Positions 63,904 through 64,000 of a DNA stretch of 64,000 bases are shown here, in pieces. The DNA is taken from the IMG/VR virus record IMGVR_UViG_3300029288_000077, positions 64,001 to 128,000 of that record. One strand, 5' to 3'. The notes under the pieces were generated by a model. That model was not told the origin of the DNA. It saw nothing but the letters and a program-made list of their open reading frames with translations, and ran no database searches. The DNA comes from a virus (Duplodnaviria; Caudoviricetes). A program made the position numbers and the translations under genes. Every line of letters begins with the position of its first letter. Position 1 is the stretch's first letter.

Positions 63904-64000
63904 ATGCCCGCGAAATTGGAACTTGTTCCTGGTGCTGCTGGTATGGACGGCACCAACCCCGCCACACAGGATGCACAAGATATAATTTTTGAGGGGGACA
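63904..64000 (+). CDS. Truncated ORF, paralog of the C-terminal domain of 61765..63894
   Basis: LELVPGAAGMDGTNP vs IEIVPGECCFDKTNP; runs off the window. Confidence 0.55.
   Translation, partial: MPAKLELVPGAAGMDGTNPATQDAQDIIFEGD

Noticed and set aside
1-64000. Stop-codon reassignment
   Set aside because: Core genes are full-length in code 11, and TAA, TAG and TGA all terminate genes with tight coupling to the next start.

Overview
This window is a fragment of a large tailed dsDNA phage with a contractile tail (myovirus). It uses the standard genetic code and is almost entirely + strand. It carries a near-complete virion morphogenesis set: portal (5'-truncated), prohead protease, scaffold, decoration protein, HK97-type major capsid protein, head-tail adaptor, neck, sheath, tube, tail chaperone with a -1 frameshift, tape measure, hub, spike, gp25-like, baseplate J and wedge/fibre proteins. 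Two accessory islands of about 16-17 kb and three small inverted islands interrupt this set. Accessory functions include a PD-(D/E)XK nuclease, RmlD-like reductase, UDP-glucose dehydrogenase-like enzyme, AAA ATPase, stand-alone AlaRS C-terminal (DHHA1) domain, Hc1 histone-like protein, two HAD phosphatases, a GNAT, two deaminases, a macrodomain, a metallophosphoesterase, a DHH phosphoesterase and an intact orphan TnpB. I found no tRNA, rRNA, CRISPR array, integrase or reverse transcriptase. The strongest candidates for new biology are: (1) a cluster of fibre/lectin/beta-helix genes whose products carry Sec-type signal peptides and many cysteines, suggesting exported virion-type appendages; (2) a family of otherwise mostly unrelated acidic proteins sharing a short 'KAIEVL(A/S)' tag, a candidate capsid-targeting/cleavage signal, located in repeat-flanked cassettes beside head genes; (3) a beta-sandwich domain that appears to be split between two genes 20 kb apart. 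All family assignments come from motif recognition by eye, not from database searches.
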